A stretch of DNA of 64,000 bases. Origin: an uncultured cyanobacterium (GTDB lineage Bacteria; Cyanobacteriota; Cyanobacteriia; PCC-9006; JAAUQQ01). Of this stretch, positions 18,243-27,655 are shown piece by piece. The notes beneath the pieces were generated by a model. It was given only the letters and a program-made list of their open reading frames with translations. It was not told the origin of the DNA and searched no databases. Location: positions 1,312,001 to 1,376,000 of the forward strand of contig OY970368.1 in assembly GCA_963718615.1 (NCBI GenBank), written 5' to 3'. Numbering within the stretch: position 1 is the stretch's first letter; every line of letters starts with the position of its first letter. A program made the position numbers and the translations under genes.

Positions 18243-20360
18243 ATGACCACAGCCTTTTCTCGCTTTCATCCTCGCTTGCAAGAGGCGATCGCCAACCGCA
18301 TCGGCTGGACCTCCCTCCGCCCCGTCCAAGAACTGGCTAGCCACGCCATCCTCGACGGCAAAAACGCCGTCATCCTCGCCCCCACTGCCGGAGGCAAAAC
18401 CGAAGCCTCGATGTTTCCGCTGCTTTCCAGCGTCATGGCCAATGAGCCCGAGGGACTTGGACTGATTTACATCGCCCCGATCAAAGCCCTGCTCAACAAC
18501 CAAGCCGAACGCCTGGGCACTTATACCGAAATGGTCGGTCTGCGCCGCTTCCTCTGGCATGGTGATGTCACCGCAACTGAAAAGAAGACGTTTATTCAAG
18601 ACCCCGCCACGTTACTGATGACCACCCCGGAATCCTTAGAGGTGATGTTGCTATCGCCCAAGGTGCCGGATACCAAGATTTTTAAGGATCTGCGGGCGAT
18701 CGTCATTGATGAGGTTCATGCCCTGGCTGGGAGCGATCGCGGCACCCACCTCCTCTCCGTCCTAGAACGCCTCGCCCGCCACACCGAGAACGACATCCAG
18801 CGCATCGGCCTCAGCGCCACCGTCGGCAATCCTGAAGCCATCCTCACCTGGCTCCAGGGCACTTCCCAACGCCAGGGCGAAGTCATCGACCCCCCCAAGC
18901 AACCCTCTCCCAAAGCGCTGCGCATTTACCTGCGCGATACCCTCGGCGGCATCGCCACCGAAGCCAGCGCCCAGGCTTACCAAAACAAAAGCCTCTTCTT
19001 TTGCCAGAGCCGCGCCCTCTCCGAAGACATTGCCGAGCGCATGCGCCATCGCGGCACCGATGTCTTTGTCCACCACAGCTCCGTCTCCCTCGAAGAACGA
19101 GCTGCTGCGGAAGAACGCTTTAGTCGTGGCAGCAACACCTGCATCGTCTGCACCTCCACCCTAGAACTGGGCATCGACGTCGGCGACCTCGACCTCGTCC
19201 TCCAAGCCAACGCTGCTTCTACTGTCGCATCCTTCCTCCAGCGCCTGGGCCGCACCGGACGACGCCAGGGGCAGCGGGCCAACACCACGTTCTACTGCGA
19301 GGATGTGGAGACGGTCTTGCAAGCCGTGGCGATCGTCGAGCTGACCCGCAAAGGCTGGGTCGAATCCGTCCCCGTCCAAACCCGCTGCTGGCCCGTCCTC
19401 GTCCACCAACTCCTCGCCCTCACCCTCCAATTCGGAGCCATCAGCCCGGAGCGCTGCTGGGAACAGCTCTCCACCGTCTCGGATTTCTCCGGCATCAGCC
19501 GCGAAGAATTTGATGACCTGCTTCAGTTCATGGAGCGAGAAACCTTTCTTTTCAGCTCTGGCGGCCTGCTCTCCATGGGCGACAAGGCCGAGAAAGTCTT
19601 TGGTCGAAAGAACTTCATGGAACTCTACGCGGTCTTCAGCAGCCCCCAGCTCTACAAAGTTCAAACCAAGGCCAACTACACCGTCGGCACATTAGAACAA
19701 TCTTTCGTCGATAAGCTCGTCCCCGACATGAGCTCCTTCCTCCTCGGCGGGCGCGGTTGGACCGTCATCAACGTCAACCATGACGACCGCACCGTCCAGG
19801 TCATGGCCGCTCCCCGAGGCAAAAAGCCGAGCTGGAGCGGTTTTGCTCCCCAGCTCCTCAGCTTCGAACTCTGCCAGCAAATCGCCGAGCTGATTCGTAG
19901 CGACCAGCCCATTCCCCTCCTCGACCCCATCGCCCAGGATGCCCTCACCTCCTACCGCGAAGAAGTCGCCCCCCTAATCAAGCCCAACCAGCTCAATCTC
20001 ATTGTCGAAGAGAAGCGATCGCTCATCTGGACCTTTGCTGGAGGTCAAATCAATCACACGCTCAAATATGGCTTTCAGTTCCACCACGACTGGAAAGTGG
20101 TCGTCGATAACTTCCGCATTCGCATTGAAGGAGAGGAAGTGGGGACAACCTCGATCTTGCTGGCGATCGAGCAAATGCAAAAACCCGGCTTCTGGGAAGC
20201 AGCAGCCACCCGCGACTTCATCCTGGAGCAGCTCCCCAACTATCGGCTGAGCAAGTTTCAACCCGCGCTGCCGGATGAGTATTCGCTAGAGTTGGTTTGG
20301 GATTATTTACTGGATGTGAGGGGGGCGATCGCATACCTACGCAAAACACTAGATCAATAG
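18243..20360 (+). CDS. brxHI: Lhr-like DEAD/DEAH helicase BrxHI
   Basis: APTAGGKT, IDEVH, LSAT, TSTLELGIDVG, QRLGRTGRR; directly follows brxD. Confidence 0.88.
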   Translation: MTTAFSRFHPRLQEAIANRIGWTSLRPVQELASHAILDGKNAVILAPTAGGKTEASMFPLLSSVMANEPEGLGLIYIAPIKALLNNQAERLGTYTEMVGLRRFLWHGDVTATEKKTFIQDPATLLMTTPESLEVMLLSPKVPDTKIFKDLRAIVIDEVHALAGSDRGTHLLSVLERLARHTENDIQRIGLSATVGNPEAILTWLQGTSQRQGEVIDPPKQPSPKALRIYLRDTLGGIATEASAQAYQNKSLFFCQSRALSEDIAERMRHRGTDVFVHHSSVSLEERAAAEERFSRGSNTCIVCTSTLELGIDVGDLDLVLQANAASTVASFLQRLGRTGRRQGQRANTTFYCEDVETVLQAVAIVELTRKGWVESVPVQTRCWPVLVHQLLALTLQFGAISPERCWEQLSTVSDFSGISREEFDDLLQFMERETFLFSSGGLLSMGDKAEKVFGRKNFMELYAVFSSPQLYKVQTKANYTVGTLEQSFVDKLVPDMSSFLLGGRGWTVINVNHDDRTVQVMAAPRGKKPSWSGFAPQLLSFELCQQIAELIRSDQPIPLLDPIAQDALTSYREEVAPLIKPNQLNLIVEEKRSLIWTFAGGQINHTLKYGFQFHHDWKVVVDNFRIRIEGEEVGTTSILLAIEQMQKPGFWEAAATRDFILEQLPNYRLSKFQPALPDEYSLELVWDYLLDVRGAIAYLRKTLDQ

Positions 20361-20399
20361 CAGTTTGCGAGGGAACACCATCACAAGAGGCCTAGAAAA

Positions 20400-20471
20400 A
20401 GCGGATGATGGGACTCGAACCCACGACATTCAGCTTGGGAAGCTGACGTTCTACCACTGAACTACATCCGC
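20400..20471 (-). tRNA. tRNA-Gly(CCC)
   Basis: Reverse complement GCGGATGTAGTTCAGTGGTAGAACGTCAGCTTCCCAAGCTGAATGTCGTGGGTTCGAGTCCCATCATCCGCT folds as a cloverleaf; anticodon CCC. Confidence 0.96.
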
Positions 20472-20535
20472 ATCGTCAGGAACAATTATACTGCAAACTT
20501 TCTCTTGAATCCATCTACCCCTCCAGACTTAACCC

Positions 20536-21411
20536 GTGATGACTCCGACCCTGTCAGGCTCCCCCCATCCCCAAACCACGATCGCCCATCCCTTCTCCCA
20601 AACCGGCATTGGTCTCCACAGTGGCCTTACCACCACTGTTTCCGTTAAACCAGCTCCCCTCGGCAGTGGACGAATCTTTCAGCGCATCGACCTGCCGGGA
20701 CAGCCCCTCATTCCTGCAACGCTCGCCGCCGTCAACCCCACTCAACTCTCTACGGAGCTCGTGGTCGAAGGAGCCAGTGTTCGCACCGTCGAGCATTTGC
20801 TGGCCGCGTTGGCTGGCATGGGAGTAGTGAATGTGCTGATGGAAGTGGATGGACCGGAGGTGCCGTTGCTGGATGGCTCCGCCCAGCTTTGGGTAGAGGC
20901 GATCGCCCAAGCCGGTCTCCAATTCCACCCCCCCTACCCCCCCTTCCAAACGCCGCCCCCGACCCTCCAAGCCCCCCTCACCCTCCACGCAGGCGACGCC
21001 TTCATCACCGCCATCCCCGCCGACCACACCCGCCTCACCTATGGCATTGACTTTCCCCACCCTGCCATTGGCAACCAGTGGTTTAGCCTTGACTGGACCC
21101 CCGAAGGCTTTGCCCAGGAGATTGCACCTGCTCGAACCTTTGGCTTTGCAGAACAGGTCGAGCAATTGCGTAACCTGGGCCTCATCAAAGGCGGAAGCCT
21201 GGAGAATGCACTCGTTTGTGGTCCCGAGGGCTGGATCAATCCTCCTTTAAGATTTGCAAATGAACCTGCCCGTCATAAACTTTTAGATCTAGTGGGGGAT
21301 TTGAGCCTGCTGGGGGTTTTGCCCCAGGCCCACATCCTGGCCTATAAAGCGAGCCACACCCTGCATACGCGGTTTGCTCAACTGCTTCAGGCGCGGCTGA
21401 CCGTGAGCTGA
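20536..21411 (+). CDS. lpxC: UDP-3-O-acyl-GlcNAc deacetylase
   Basis: [45 protein letters not shown]. Confidence 0.97.
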   Translation: MMTPTLSGSPHPQTTIAHPFSQTGIGLHSGLTTTVSVKPAPLGSGRIFQRIDLPGQPLIPATLAAVNPTQLSTELVVEGASVRTVEHLLAALAGMGVVNVLMEVDGPEVPLLDGSAQLWVEAIAQAGLQFHPPYPPFQTPPPTLQAPLTLHAGDAFITAIPADHTRLTYGIDFPHPAIGNQWFSLDWTPEGFAQEIAPARTFGFAEQVEQLRNLGLIKGGSLENALVCGPEGWINPPLRFANEPARHKLLDLVGDLSLLGVLPQAHILAYKASHTLHTRFAQLLQARLTVS

Positions 21412-21445
21412 CCGTGAGCTGACCAGATTGAAACTCCATATACCT

Positions 21446-22012
21446 ATGACCATCACCAGCGATACGCCGACCGTCACCGCCCCTAAACCTGAACCGACAG
21501 CCGACGATCCCCTAACCTCAATTCCGAGCTCGATGGACCCGTCCGATGCCACGGTTGCTGCGCCCGTTGCTGCTCAGGTTTTAATTCCGGTCGAAACCAT
21601 TCAGGGGCTGTTGCCGCACCGTTATCCGTTCGCGCTGGTCGATCGCATCATTGAGTATGTGCCGGGAAAAATGGCCGTAGGGATCAAAAATGTCACGGTG
21701 AACGAGCCTCACTTTCAAGGACACTTTCCCGACCGTCCGATTATGCCGGGGGTGTTGATCATCGAAGCGCTGGCCCAGGTGGGGGGCGTGATTGTCACCC
21801 AGATTCCTGATGTGCCCGCAGGTCTGTTTGTCTTTGCTGGCATTGACAAGGTTCGATTCCGCCGCCCCGTTGTTCCTGGGGACCAGCTCATCCTCAAGGC
21901 CGAGCTCCTCAGCATCAAACGCAAACGCTTTGGCAAGGTTAACGCAGAAGCCTTTGTGGATGGACAACTGGCCGCCAGCGGTGAACTGATGTTTTCGCTG
22001 ATGGATGCCTAG
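21446..22012 (+). CDS. fabZ: 3-hydroxyacyl-ACP dehydratase
   Basis: [33 protein letters not shown]. Confidence 0.97.
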   Translation: MTITSDTPTVTAPKPEPTADDPLTSIPSSMDPSDATVAAPVAAQVLIPVETIQGLLPHRYPFALVDRIIEYVPGKMAVGIKNVTVNEPHFQGHFPDRPIMPGVLIIEALAQVGGVIVTQIPDVPAGLFVFAGIDKVRFRRPVVPGDQLILKAELLSIKRKRFGKVNAEAFVDGQLAASGELMFSLMDA

Positions 22013-22071
22013 GGTGGACAGCTTAGAGAGAGGTCTTCGAGAGACCTCTAGAATGTCAACGGTGTTATAGG

Positions 22072-22926
22072 GTGGGAAGCGTGCTGCAAAGCGATTTGAT
22101 TGAGCGGAGTGTCAGTGCATTGGTGCCACAAATTCACCCCACAGCCGTTGTCCATCCGGGGGCTGAGGTTCATCCAACGGTCAAGATTGGTCCCTACGTT
22201 GTGGTTGGGGAGCATGTCAAAATCGGCGCGGATACGGTTATCGATGCCCATGTAGTGATTGACGGTTGGGTTGAAATTGGTGCTCGTAATCGCATTTTTC
22301 CCGGTGCGGCCATTGGTTTGGATCCCCAGGATTTGAAGTATGACGGAGACTTGACGCTGGTCAAGATTGGTGATGACAACCGCATCCGGGAGTTTGTCAC
22401 AATCAACCGCGCTACGAAAGCAGGAGAAGTCACTCAGCTCGGCAATGGCAATTTGCTCATGGCCTATGTCCATGTGGCCCACAATTGTGTGTTGCACGAT
22501 GGCATTGTGATTGCCAATGCCGTTTCCCTGGCGGGGCATGTGGAAATTGAATCGCGGGCGGTGATTGGGGGGATGGCTGGGTTCCATCAGTTTGTCCATG
22601 TGGGAGAACTGGCGATGGTGGGAGCCATGAGTCGCATTGACCGAGATGTGCCGCCGTTTATGTTGGTGGAGGGGAGTCCGCCTCGGGTGCGATCGCTCAA
22701 TCTCGTGGGCCTGCGTCGCTCAGGGCTCACCACCCAAGAAGAGGGCCAGGTCTATAAAGCCATCAAACAGGCTTACCGCATTCTCTTCCGCTCGGGTCAT
22801 CATTTGGATGACAATCTGCGGGAGCTGGAGCCGCTGCTGGCCTATGAATCGGTTCGGCATCTCTATCGCTTTGTCAAGGATTCAACCCAGGGGGAAAAGC
22901 GGCGCGGATTGGTGCCTGGAAAGTGA
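22072..22926 (+). CDS. lpxA: UDP-GlcNAc O-acyltransferase (true start probably slightly downstream)
   Basis: IHPTAVVHP hexapeptide repeats, PQDLKY, IREFVTINRAT, HVAHNC, HQF. Confidence 0.96.
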   Translation: MGSVLQSDLIERSVSALVPQIHPTAVVHPGAEVHPTVKIGPYVVVGEHVKIGADTVIDAHVVIDGWVEIGARNRIFPGAAIGLDPQDLKYDGDLTLVKIGDDNRIREFVTINRATKAGEVTQLGNGNLLMAYVHVAHNCVLHDGIVIANAVSLAGHVEIESRAVIGGMAGFHQFVHVGELAMVGAMSRIDRDVPPFMLVEGSPPRVRSLNLVGLRRSGLTTQEEGQVYKAIKQAYRILFRSGHHLDDNLRELEPLLAYESVRHLYRFVKDSTQGEKRRGLVPGK

Positions 22927-24158
22927 TGCAGCGAATGGTTAAACGAATTTTTATCAGTACTGGTGAAGTGTCCGGAGATTTGCAGGGCAGCTTACTGGTG
23001 GCGGCGCTGCGGCGGCAGGCAAATCTGCGGGGGCTGGATCTAGAGATTCTGGCCTTGGGGGGCGATCGCATGGCTGCCGAAGGGGCAAAACTCCTGGGGC
23101 ATACAAGTGCGATTGGTTCCATCGGTGTCGTTGAGTCGATTGGCTACGCTTGGCCCACTTGGCAAATACAGCAACGGGCGAAGCAATTTCTGCGGCAGAA
23201 TCCACCGGACCTAGCCGTATTAATTGATTACATGGGGCCGAATATTGCCCTGGGTAATTATCTGCACCAAACCTATCCTGACTTGCCGATCTTCTACTAT
23301 ATTGCCCCTCAGGAATGGGTATGGTCGGCCAATAGCAAAAGCACGCGTCAAATCATTGGGTTTGCTAACGAAATTCTGGCGATTTTTCCCGGTGAGGCCC
23401 GCTATTATCAGGCACAAGGAGCTAATGTCACTTGGGTCGGGCATCCGCTGGTGGATACCTTGACGCAGATTCCCGGTCGGGACGAGGCGCGGGCCAAGCT
23501 GGGGATTGGCCCCGAAGAACTGGCGATCGCCCTCCTCCCCGCCTCCCGTGAGCAAGAGCTTAAATATTTGCTTCCTGTCCTGTTTGAAGCGGCCCAACGG
23601 ATCCAAGCACAGCTTCCCAACGTCCATTACTGGATTCCGGTGGCGCTCGAACAATACCGACTGCGGCTAGAGCAAGCGATTCAAGATTACGGATTACGGG
23701 CAACACTGTTGTCGGAGCAAGAAGGCCAAATCCCTAGTCCGAAGGCCAGTTCAATACCCAGTCCAACTCAATGGGCGATCGCCGCTGCTGACCTCGCCAT
23801 CACCAAATCCGGCACCGCCAATCTCGAAATTGCCTTGCAGAATGTGCCACAAGTGGTGGTCTATCGTTTTAGTGCCGTGACGGCCTGGGTCGCTCGCAAC
23901 ATCCTCAAACTCTCGATTCCGTTTGTCTCCCCGCCCAATCTGGTGGAGATGGAAGCGATCGTTCCGGAGTTGCTCCAGGAGGACATGACCCCAGAGCGCA
24001 TTACTGCTGAGGCGATCGCCCTGCTCCAAACCGATGCGCGTCAGGCAATGCTGGCGGGATATGCCCGCATGCGCGCGGCCTTGGGGGAACCGGGGGTTTG
24101 CGATCGCGCCGCGACGCTCCTATTGGAACGACTGACTGCGGGGAGCGATCGGGACTGA
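22923..24158 (+). CDS. lpxB: Lipid-A-disaccharide synthase
   Basis: ISTGEVSGDLQG, YYIAPQEWVW, VGHPL, LLPASR, KSGTANLE. Confidence 0.96.
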   Translation: MMQRMVKRIFISTGEVSGDLQGSLLVAALRRQANLRGLDLEILALGGDRMAAEGAKLLGHTSAIGSIGVVESIGYAWPTWQIQQRAKQFLRQNPPDLAVLIDYMGPNIALGNYLHQTYPDLPIFYYIAPQEWVWSANSKSTRQIIGFANEILAIFPGEARYYQAQGANVTWVGHPLVDTLTQIPGRDEARAKLGIGPEELAIALLPASREQELKYLLPVLFEAAQRIQAQLPNVHYWIPVALEQYRLRLEQAIQDYGLRATLLSEQEGQIPSPKASSIPSPTQWAIAAADLAITKSGTANLEIALQNVPQVVVYRFSAVTAWVARNILKLSIPFVSPPNLVEMEAIVPELLQEDMTPERITAEAIALLQTDARQAMLAGYARMRAALGEPGVCDRAATLLLERLTAGSDRD

Positions 24159-24439
24159 ACTGCCAGTTGATCAGCCGTTGTGGATTGACTCAAAACGGGC
24201 TTGAGCCCCGACCAGTTATAGATTTCAATTTTGTCGCCGGAGCAACTTTCAAAGACAAATCGTTGCATGGGAAAAAGCACCTGCTCCCGATGCTTTGCAG
24301 TCGCTCTAGTCGCGCCCAAGGGCTTCAAGCAGATGACTTGCAGATTCGTGGTGTTGTTGAAATAACAACATTGAATTTTAGAAACATTAGAAATACTAGA
24401 AACATTGGAGGCATTTGAGATCAAAGGATGGGTTTCCAT
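24041..24439 (-). CDS. DUF1830 family protein (3' end overlaps lpxB)
   Basis: IQCCYFNNTTNLQVI..EQVLFPMQRFVFES...IEIY resembles DUF1830 (CCYxNxT..ERVVFPGQRLxFE). Confidence 0.65.
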   Translation of the reverse strand: METHPLISNASNVSSISNVSKIQCCYFNNTTNLQVICLKPLGATRATAKHREQVLFPMQRFVFESCSGDKIEIYNWSGLKPVLSQSTTADQLAVQSRSLPAVSRSNRSVAARSQTPGSPKAARMRAYPASIA

Positions 24440-24680
24440 AGCGATCCATGTTGAAGTTGAATGGGCTAGCAATCAATGTGCGGCTTAACTCAACCACTGA
24501 CTTTTCAAATCACAGTTTTTATTATCTCGCAGGATTCACGGATATGCGAGTATCATTGACTACCTTAAGAAAAATAGGCTGGAAACTTCTAGCGTAATTG
24601 TTAGGAATCGCTGGCATAGGAAACTCCCGCCTCCGCCGAAGACAGAGGCGAAAAATCCTGGCCAGATGTTGATGCATCCC

Positions 24681-25949
24681 CTAGGGCGAAACCTGCACCG
24701 AAGAATCCACAGGTGTTTCAGCTTCCTGTTCGGGCTGCGGCTTGATTTGCTTGCAGGCATATTGGACTGCCCTCGCCGTACTCCCGCCAGCGGGAGGCTG
24801 TTCGACGAGCCCCGCAAGACCAAAGTCTTCTTGGTAAATTTCTTTGCGCTCATCGGTGTAGAGCTTCAGCACGCGGGTTTGGGTCGTCTGGGCCGCGCAG
24901 TCGGTCAATCGATACAGCAACGCACTACGCACCGGCTCCTTCAGTGCAACACCCATAAAGGCATTGTTTTGACCTCGAAAGGCCCGGTATTCCCAGTAGG
25001 ATAGGGTGCCATCCTGATGAGCAATGGAAGTCGGCGCGATCAACGTGCGATCGCCCACCCCATTCGCCGCTACCTCAACCCAATACTCACTCTTGAGCTC
25101 CGTCGCCTCCTCATCCTGGGGCGTAATATCTACCGTGGAATTGCCTTGAGCCTGCCGTTCAATGTCCCGCAGCGCATTTTGGGCAAAGGAATCCTCTGGT
25201 CGTTCATCCAGGGCACGCTGAAACTGGACAACGGCTTGCCCCAATTCCCCTGCGCGCAGGGCTTGGTACCCCGCACTCATGTAGCGATCGTAGGCCGTGC
25301 TGCGGGTCGCCACTGAGGCGGGAGCAGTTGACCCCTGGGGCAGGGTTTTGGTTTGGGTTAACTGCTGCTGATAGAGCGTTGCTACCGTTTGACTAAAGGG
25401 TTCTAGGGCGCGATCGCCATCGCGATCCGGATTGTCCGTCTGCCACCAAGCGGCCACTCGCTTTACCGCCATGGCTTCGTTATTGCCGCTGGCAGCATAC
25501 TGCCGTTGAAACTGGTCTTGCACCATACACAGAACAATGGAGCGTGCCGTAACCGGACTCCCGGCAAATTGTAGTGGCGTCAGGCTCCGCCCCAGGCAGG
25601 CTTGGGACCATTGGGGGATGCGCTTGCTATCCAGTTGCCAATCGCCGTAATAGGCGTCTCCCTTAAGCGCTTTTCCTTGCTGCACCGTCAATCGTAGGGC
25701 CTCAGCTAAGGATTGAATCTGTCGCTGCGCCAAGGTCTTTGAGGTATCTTTTGAGGCATCTGAGGAATCAGAAGCGCCAGAGGCTGCTGGCGTAACTTCC
25801 GCTTGGGCCAAACCGCCGCTTAAAAGCATAGCCAGACTGATACCTAGACTCCATTGGAATGGCGATCGCATTGCTGCAACCTTGTGGTGTAAAACGCTCT
25901 GGCGTAAACCCTTATTTTCTAAACCCTTATTTTCTAAACCCATGGTCAA
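24681..25949 (-). CDS. Secreted hypothetical protein with a TPR and a C-terminal surface-adhesin-E-like domain
   Basis: Signal peptide (..LAQA); YDRYMSAGY..A..QFQRALDERPED TPR; C-terminal YWEYR..DC..C domain. Confidence 0.6.
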   Translation of the reverse strand: MTMGLENKGLENKGLRQSVLHHKVAAMRSPFQWSLGISLAMLLSGGLAQAEVTPAASGASDSSDASKDTSKTLAQRQIQSLAEALRLTVQQGKALKGDAYYGDWQLDSKRIPQWSQACLGRSLTPLQFAGSPVTARSIVLCMVQDQFQRQYAASGNNEAMAVKRVAAWWQTDNPDRDGDRALEPFSQTVATLYQQQLTQTKTLPQGSTAPASVATRSTAYDRYMSAGYQALRAGELGQAVVQFQRALDERPEDSFAQNALRDIERQAQGNSTVDITPQDEEATELKSEYWVEVAANGVGDRTLIAPTSIAHQDGTLSYWEYRAFRGQNNAFMGVALKEPVRSALLYRLTDCAAQTTQTRVLKLYTDERKEIYQEDFGLAGLVEQPPAGGSTARAVQYACKQIKPQPEQEAETPVDSSVQVSP

Positions 25950-26246
25950 CCTGACCCTACAACTTGACTAAGCTTTCCGTAAAGCAATTCTGAAGACCCG
26001 GAAAATTTGCTGACTTCCCGTGGAATCTTTACCTATTGTTTCACACAAGTGTAAAATCCCAAGCTTGCTTCTCCCTGGATGCCCATTAACGCCCTTGAAT
26101 ACCGCTGAATACTCCTAAAGGGGTTGAATACATGAAAAGCAGCAGTGACTGTATCTTTATCTATCTGGTTTTTGATTGAATTTAGCTCTGTTGAATTTGG
26201 TCTTGTTTGTTGGCTCTGTTTGTTAGCTCAGTTTGTCGGTTGAATG

Positions 26247-26984
26247 TCAGGCCAACACCGTTTCGATTAATTGACCTTCCTGCACCCGAAAGATGCGATC
26301 GGCCTGTTTTGCAATGGCTGGATTATGGGTTGCCATAATCAAGGTTTTATGGGAATCTCGGCTGAGCTGAAGGAGCAATGCTAAGACGCGATCGCCAGTT
26401 TCCTCATCCAAATTGCCCGTGGGTTCGTCGGCGAGAATGAGGCGAGGGTTGTGGGCAAGGGCACGGGCGATGGCTACCCGCTGTTGCTGTCCCCCGGAGA
26501 GCTTATCGGGATAGCTGCTGGCGCGATCGCCCAGTCCCACCCGCTCCAGAAGAGACAGGGCGGATTCACGGGCCAGATTCAGCGATCGCCCCGCGAGTTC
26601 TTGGGGAAGGGTAATATTTTCCAGCACCGTCAGGGTCGGGATGAGATTAAAGAATTGAAAAATAAAACCCAGGCGATCGCGACGAAACAGAGTGCGATCG
26701 CGCTCACTCAAGGCTGTGAGGATAACCTCTCCAATTTGGATAGCGCCGTCATTGGGCTGATCTATGCCACTGATTAAATTTAACAATGTACTTTTGCCGC
26801 TGCCGCTCTGCCCGAGTAACACCGCAAATTCACCGGGGGCCAAGCGTAGATTGACCGCATTCAACACCGTGCGCTCATTATCCCCCTCCCAAAAGCGTTT
26901 GGTTAACTGGCAGAGTTCAACGGCATCCCCACCCAGGGCTGCATCAAAGCTGGCTGGGGAACTTGAGGCGGACGAAGCAGTCAT
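26247..26984 (-). CDS. LolD/MacB-type ABC transporter ATP-binding protein
   Basis: [43 protein letters not shown]. Confidence 0.93.
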   Translation of the reverse strand: MTASSASSSPASFDAALGGDAVELCQLTKRFWEGDNERTVLNAVNLRLAPGEFAVLLGQSGSGKSTLLNLISGIDQPNDGAIQIGEVILTALSERDRTLFRRDRLGFIFQFFNLIPTLTVLENITLPQELAGRSLNLARESALSLLERVGLGDRASSYPDKLSGGQQQRVAIARALAHNPRLILADEPTGNLDEETGDRVLALLLQLSRDSHKTLIMATHNPAIAKQADRIFRVQEGQLIETVLA

Positions 26985-27655
26985 ATAGAACTAACAATCA
27001 AAAGGATGGCTTAACTTTGTCAGGATACTTCAATAACGCAGGCAGTAATACAGGCAAGCGTGGAGGCAAGCCTTTAGAACCAGGGCAGTCTGTGGCTCCG
27101 GTAAGCCCATAAAAAGCACTTCTTCTGGCGAAGGTGAGTACGGAGTTGTACTGATGTATTAAGCCGATTCTCCTAAATCACTATCTATTACTGTCTATAC
27201 TCATTCCCATTTGCGGAATTTAACTCTATGATTCAAACTAGTCAGTGCGATCTATCACTAAGGATTTGGGCAACCTGCTGATGAGGTTCAGAAAATTTCT
27301 TTAGGCGATTTTTCCAAAATCTCTTGAAAATTCAGAAATCGCCAGAATAAATGTGGTTGACCTTTATGTCGGATATGCTCTCTGCCTTAGGGCAGTCTGC
27401 GTTGACTGTTGTCGAGTGATACCTTATTCACCGTCGTGATCCCGGTAGGTAATAAATTGACTCCCCCTTAAATCTTGATTAGCTCGTTTGATTACCCAAT
27501 GCCTTGTCCTGTAAGGCATTGGAAGCTTTGGGTATTCAAACTCGCTAGCGTTTTCCTCCCGCGCAATCCTCCGGCACGAGTTTAATCAAGTGCGATTGCA
27601 GCGGAAATCCTAAAGCACCTAAGGCATTCGTTCAGCTATATTTCCCGAGAATTCT

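Larger units (their letters stand above)
1..20360 (+). other. BREX type 6 defence locus with inserted TA/nuclease cargo (left end runs off window)
   Basis: Gene order brxE-brxA-brxB-brxC-pglX-pglZ-brxD-helicase matches BREX subtype 6; the locus abuts the tRNA-Gly 3' end. Confidence 0.9.

Noticed and set aside
20536-24158. lpxC-fabZ-lpxA-lpxB cluster
   Set aside because: Standard conserved cyanobacterial arrangement
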